From a virus (Duplodnaviria > Caudoviricetes), in IMG/VR virus record IMGVR_UViG_2974663217_000001, positions 5,062 to 69,061 of that record: a stretch of DNA of 64,000 bases. The stretch is one strand, 5' to 3'. Below the pieces are notes generated by a model. The model made no database searches and had not been told where the DNA came from. It worked only from the letters and a program-made list of their open reading frames with translations. Shown piece by piece: positions 63,067 to 64,000 of this stretch (position 1 is the stretch's first letter; each line of letters starts with the position of its first letter). Made by a program: the position numbers and the translations under genes.

Positions 63067-63615
63067 ATGGGAATTCTTGACAAGCTCAAGGACTGGTTCA
63101 ACGCTCCACGGATAGACAACCCCGAAAGCGTGAACATGCACGAGGCTGAGGAAGCCATGGAACAGGCGGCCCTGACCGAGGCGCCCACCGAGCGAAACCG
63201 GCGGCTGGCGTATGAACTCACGGTTGCCGCGTTCTTCAAGCTGTGGGACGGCAAGGATGCCCCCAGTGAGGCGTTCGGGCCACAGTCGCCGGCGCTCATT
63301 CAGGAGTTCATGCAGACGTTCAAGCCCGGGTGGCGGTGGGGCGCGTATAACGCCGCTGACTTGGCGGACCACCCGGAAGACCTCGCCCCGTTTTTCTTCC
63401 CGGTCCCTGTCGGCTCTCCGCTGCAAATGGGTGACATTGTGGTGTTCAAAGCGGACTACATGCACCCGTTCGGGAACGTGGGCATTGTGGCCAACCCGGA
63501 CACCAGCTATGGCAGCGTAACGGTGTTCACGCAGCACGTCACCCAGGGCGCGTTGCGAGCTCAAGAGTCGTTGACCATTAGCGCAGTGTTCCGGAGGAAC
63601 CATGTCATTGACTAA
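63067..63615 (+). CDS. CHAP-fold protein lacking both catalytic residues
   Basis: FGPQSPAL / GDIVVF / PFGNVGIV / VTVFTQ align with the phage's two intact CHAP domains. Confidence 0.7.
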   Translation: MGILDKLKDWFNAPRIDNPESVNMHEAEEAMEQAALTEAPTERNRRLAYELTVAAFFKLWDGKDAPSEAFGPQSPALIQEFMQTFKPGWRWGAYNAADLADHPEDLAPFFFPVPVGSPLQMGDIVVFKADYMHPFGNVGIVANPDTSYGSVTVFTQHVTQGALRAQESLTISAVFRRNHVID

Positions 63616-63931
63616 ATTCTCCATGGACATGTACCCGCTGAACCTGGAACAGCAAGCCATATACGTGCGCGAGCGGGTGGTGGAGGAAAACGGGCATCAC
63701 GTATGGCAATTGGGGTTGCATTCCACGCATAACTACCCGCGTTGTGGCGCCCCGGTGAATTACAAGAACGCGACCCGGGCAGCGTATGAAGTGCATCTTG
63801 GCCGGCGGATCCCAAGTTACCTGTTGGTGTTGCCGACGTGCGAGGAACCCCGGTGCGTGAACCCCGAACATATGGTGACTTCCACGCTTCCCCCGGCGGC
63901 GCTGCCCCGTGTGCCGCGAGGCGAGAAATAG
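63602..63931 (+). CDS. Degenerate HNH-like protein
   Basis: RAAYEVHLGRRIP...VLPTCEEPRCVNPEHM; the DH of the active site is replaced by LP. Confidence 0.65.
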   Translation: MSLTKFSMDMYPLNLEQQAIYVRERVVEENGHHVWQLGLHSTHNYPRCGAPVNYKNATRAAYEVHLGRRIPSYLLVLPTCEEPRCVNPEHMVTSTLPPAALPRVPRGEK

Positions 63932-64000
63932 CACATTCAAGTTAAGATAGAAGTTCAAGGCCCACCATTGATGAATACGAGAGCATGAGGGGGAGGTGGC

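Overview
The window is most of the genome of a high-GC, contractile-tailed (myovirus) actinobacteriophage. Gene order and protein types suggest an Arthrobacter phage of the ArV1/cluster AR kind, but that assignment is inference and needs a BLAST check. Terminase, portal and the 5' part of the first gene lie outside the window, and no integrase, tRNA, rRNA or CRISPR array is visible. Layout: head, tail and lysis genes on + (1-24.7 kb); a small leftward early island with an HTH regulator (24.7-26.7 kb); displaced baseplate wedge genes (26.8-30.7 kb); then a long rightward non-structural arm (SMC-like ATPase, YqaJ exonuclease, RecT, replication initiator and origin, two DNA methyltransferase systems, SNF2 helicase, RusA-like resolvase, HNH, SSB, beta clamp, many small ORFs). 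Highlights read directly from the sequence: (1) a MuF head protein carrying a papain-fold toxin domain, followed by an acidic immunity-like gene with its own promoter; (2) three classes of promoter, namely sigma-A-like promoters overlapped by a palindromic operator, ten AAAACA(G/A)GCAC boxes exactly 21 nt before the start site, and six CGTCCC(A/C)CA boxes exactly 40 nt before the start site, many driving leaderless mRNAs; (3) three paralogous basic proteins sharing an N-terminal RxxNGRF tag; (4) a CHAP pseudo-enzyme (Cys to Ser, His to Asn) next to a degenerate HNH; (5) an initiator gene apparently split by a non-coding iteron origin; (6) a split, overlapping C5 methyltransferase with 8 LxTP repeats; (7) a candidate ~80-nt sRNA.
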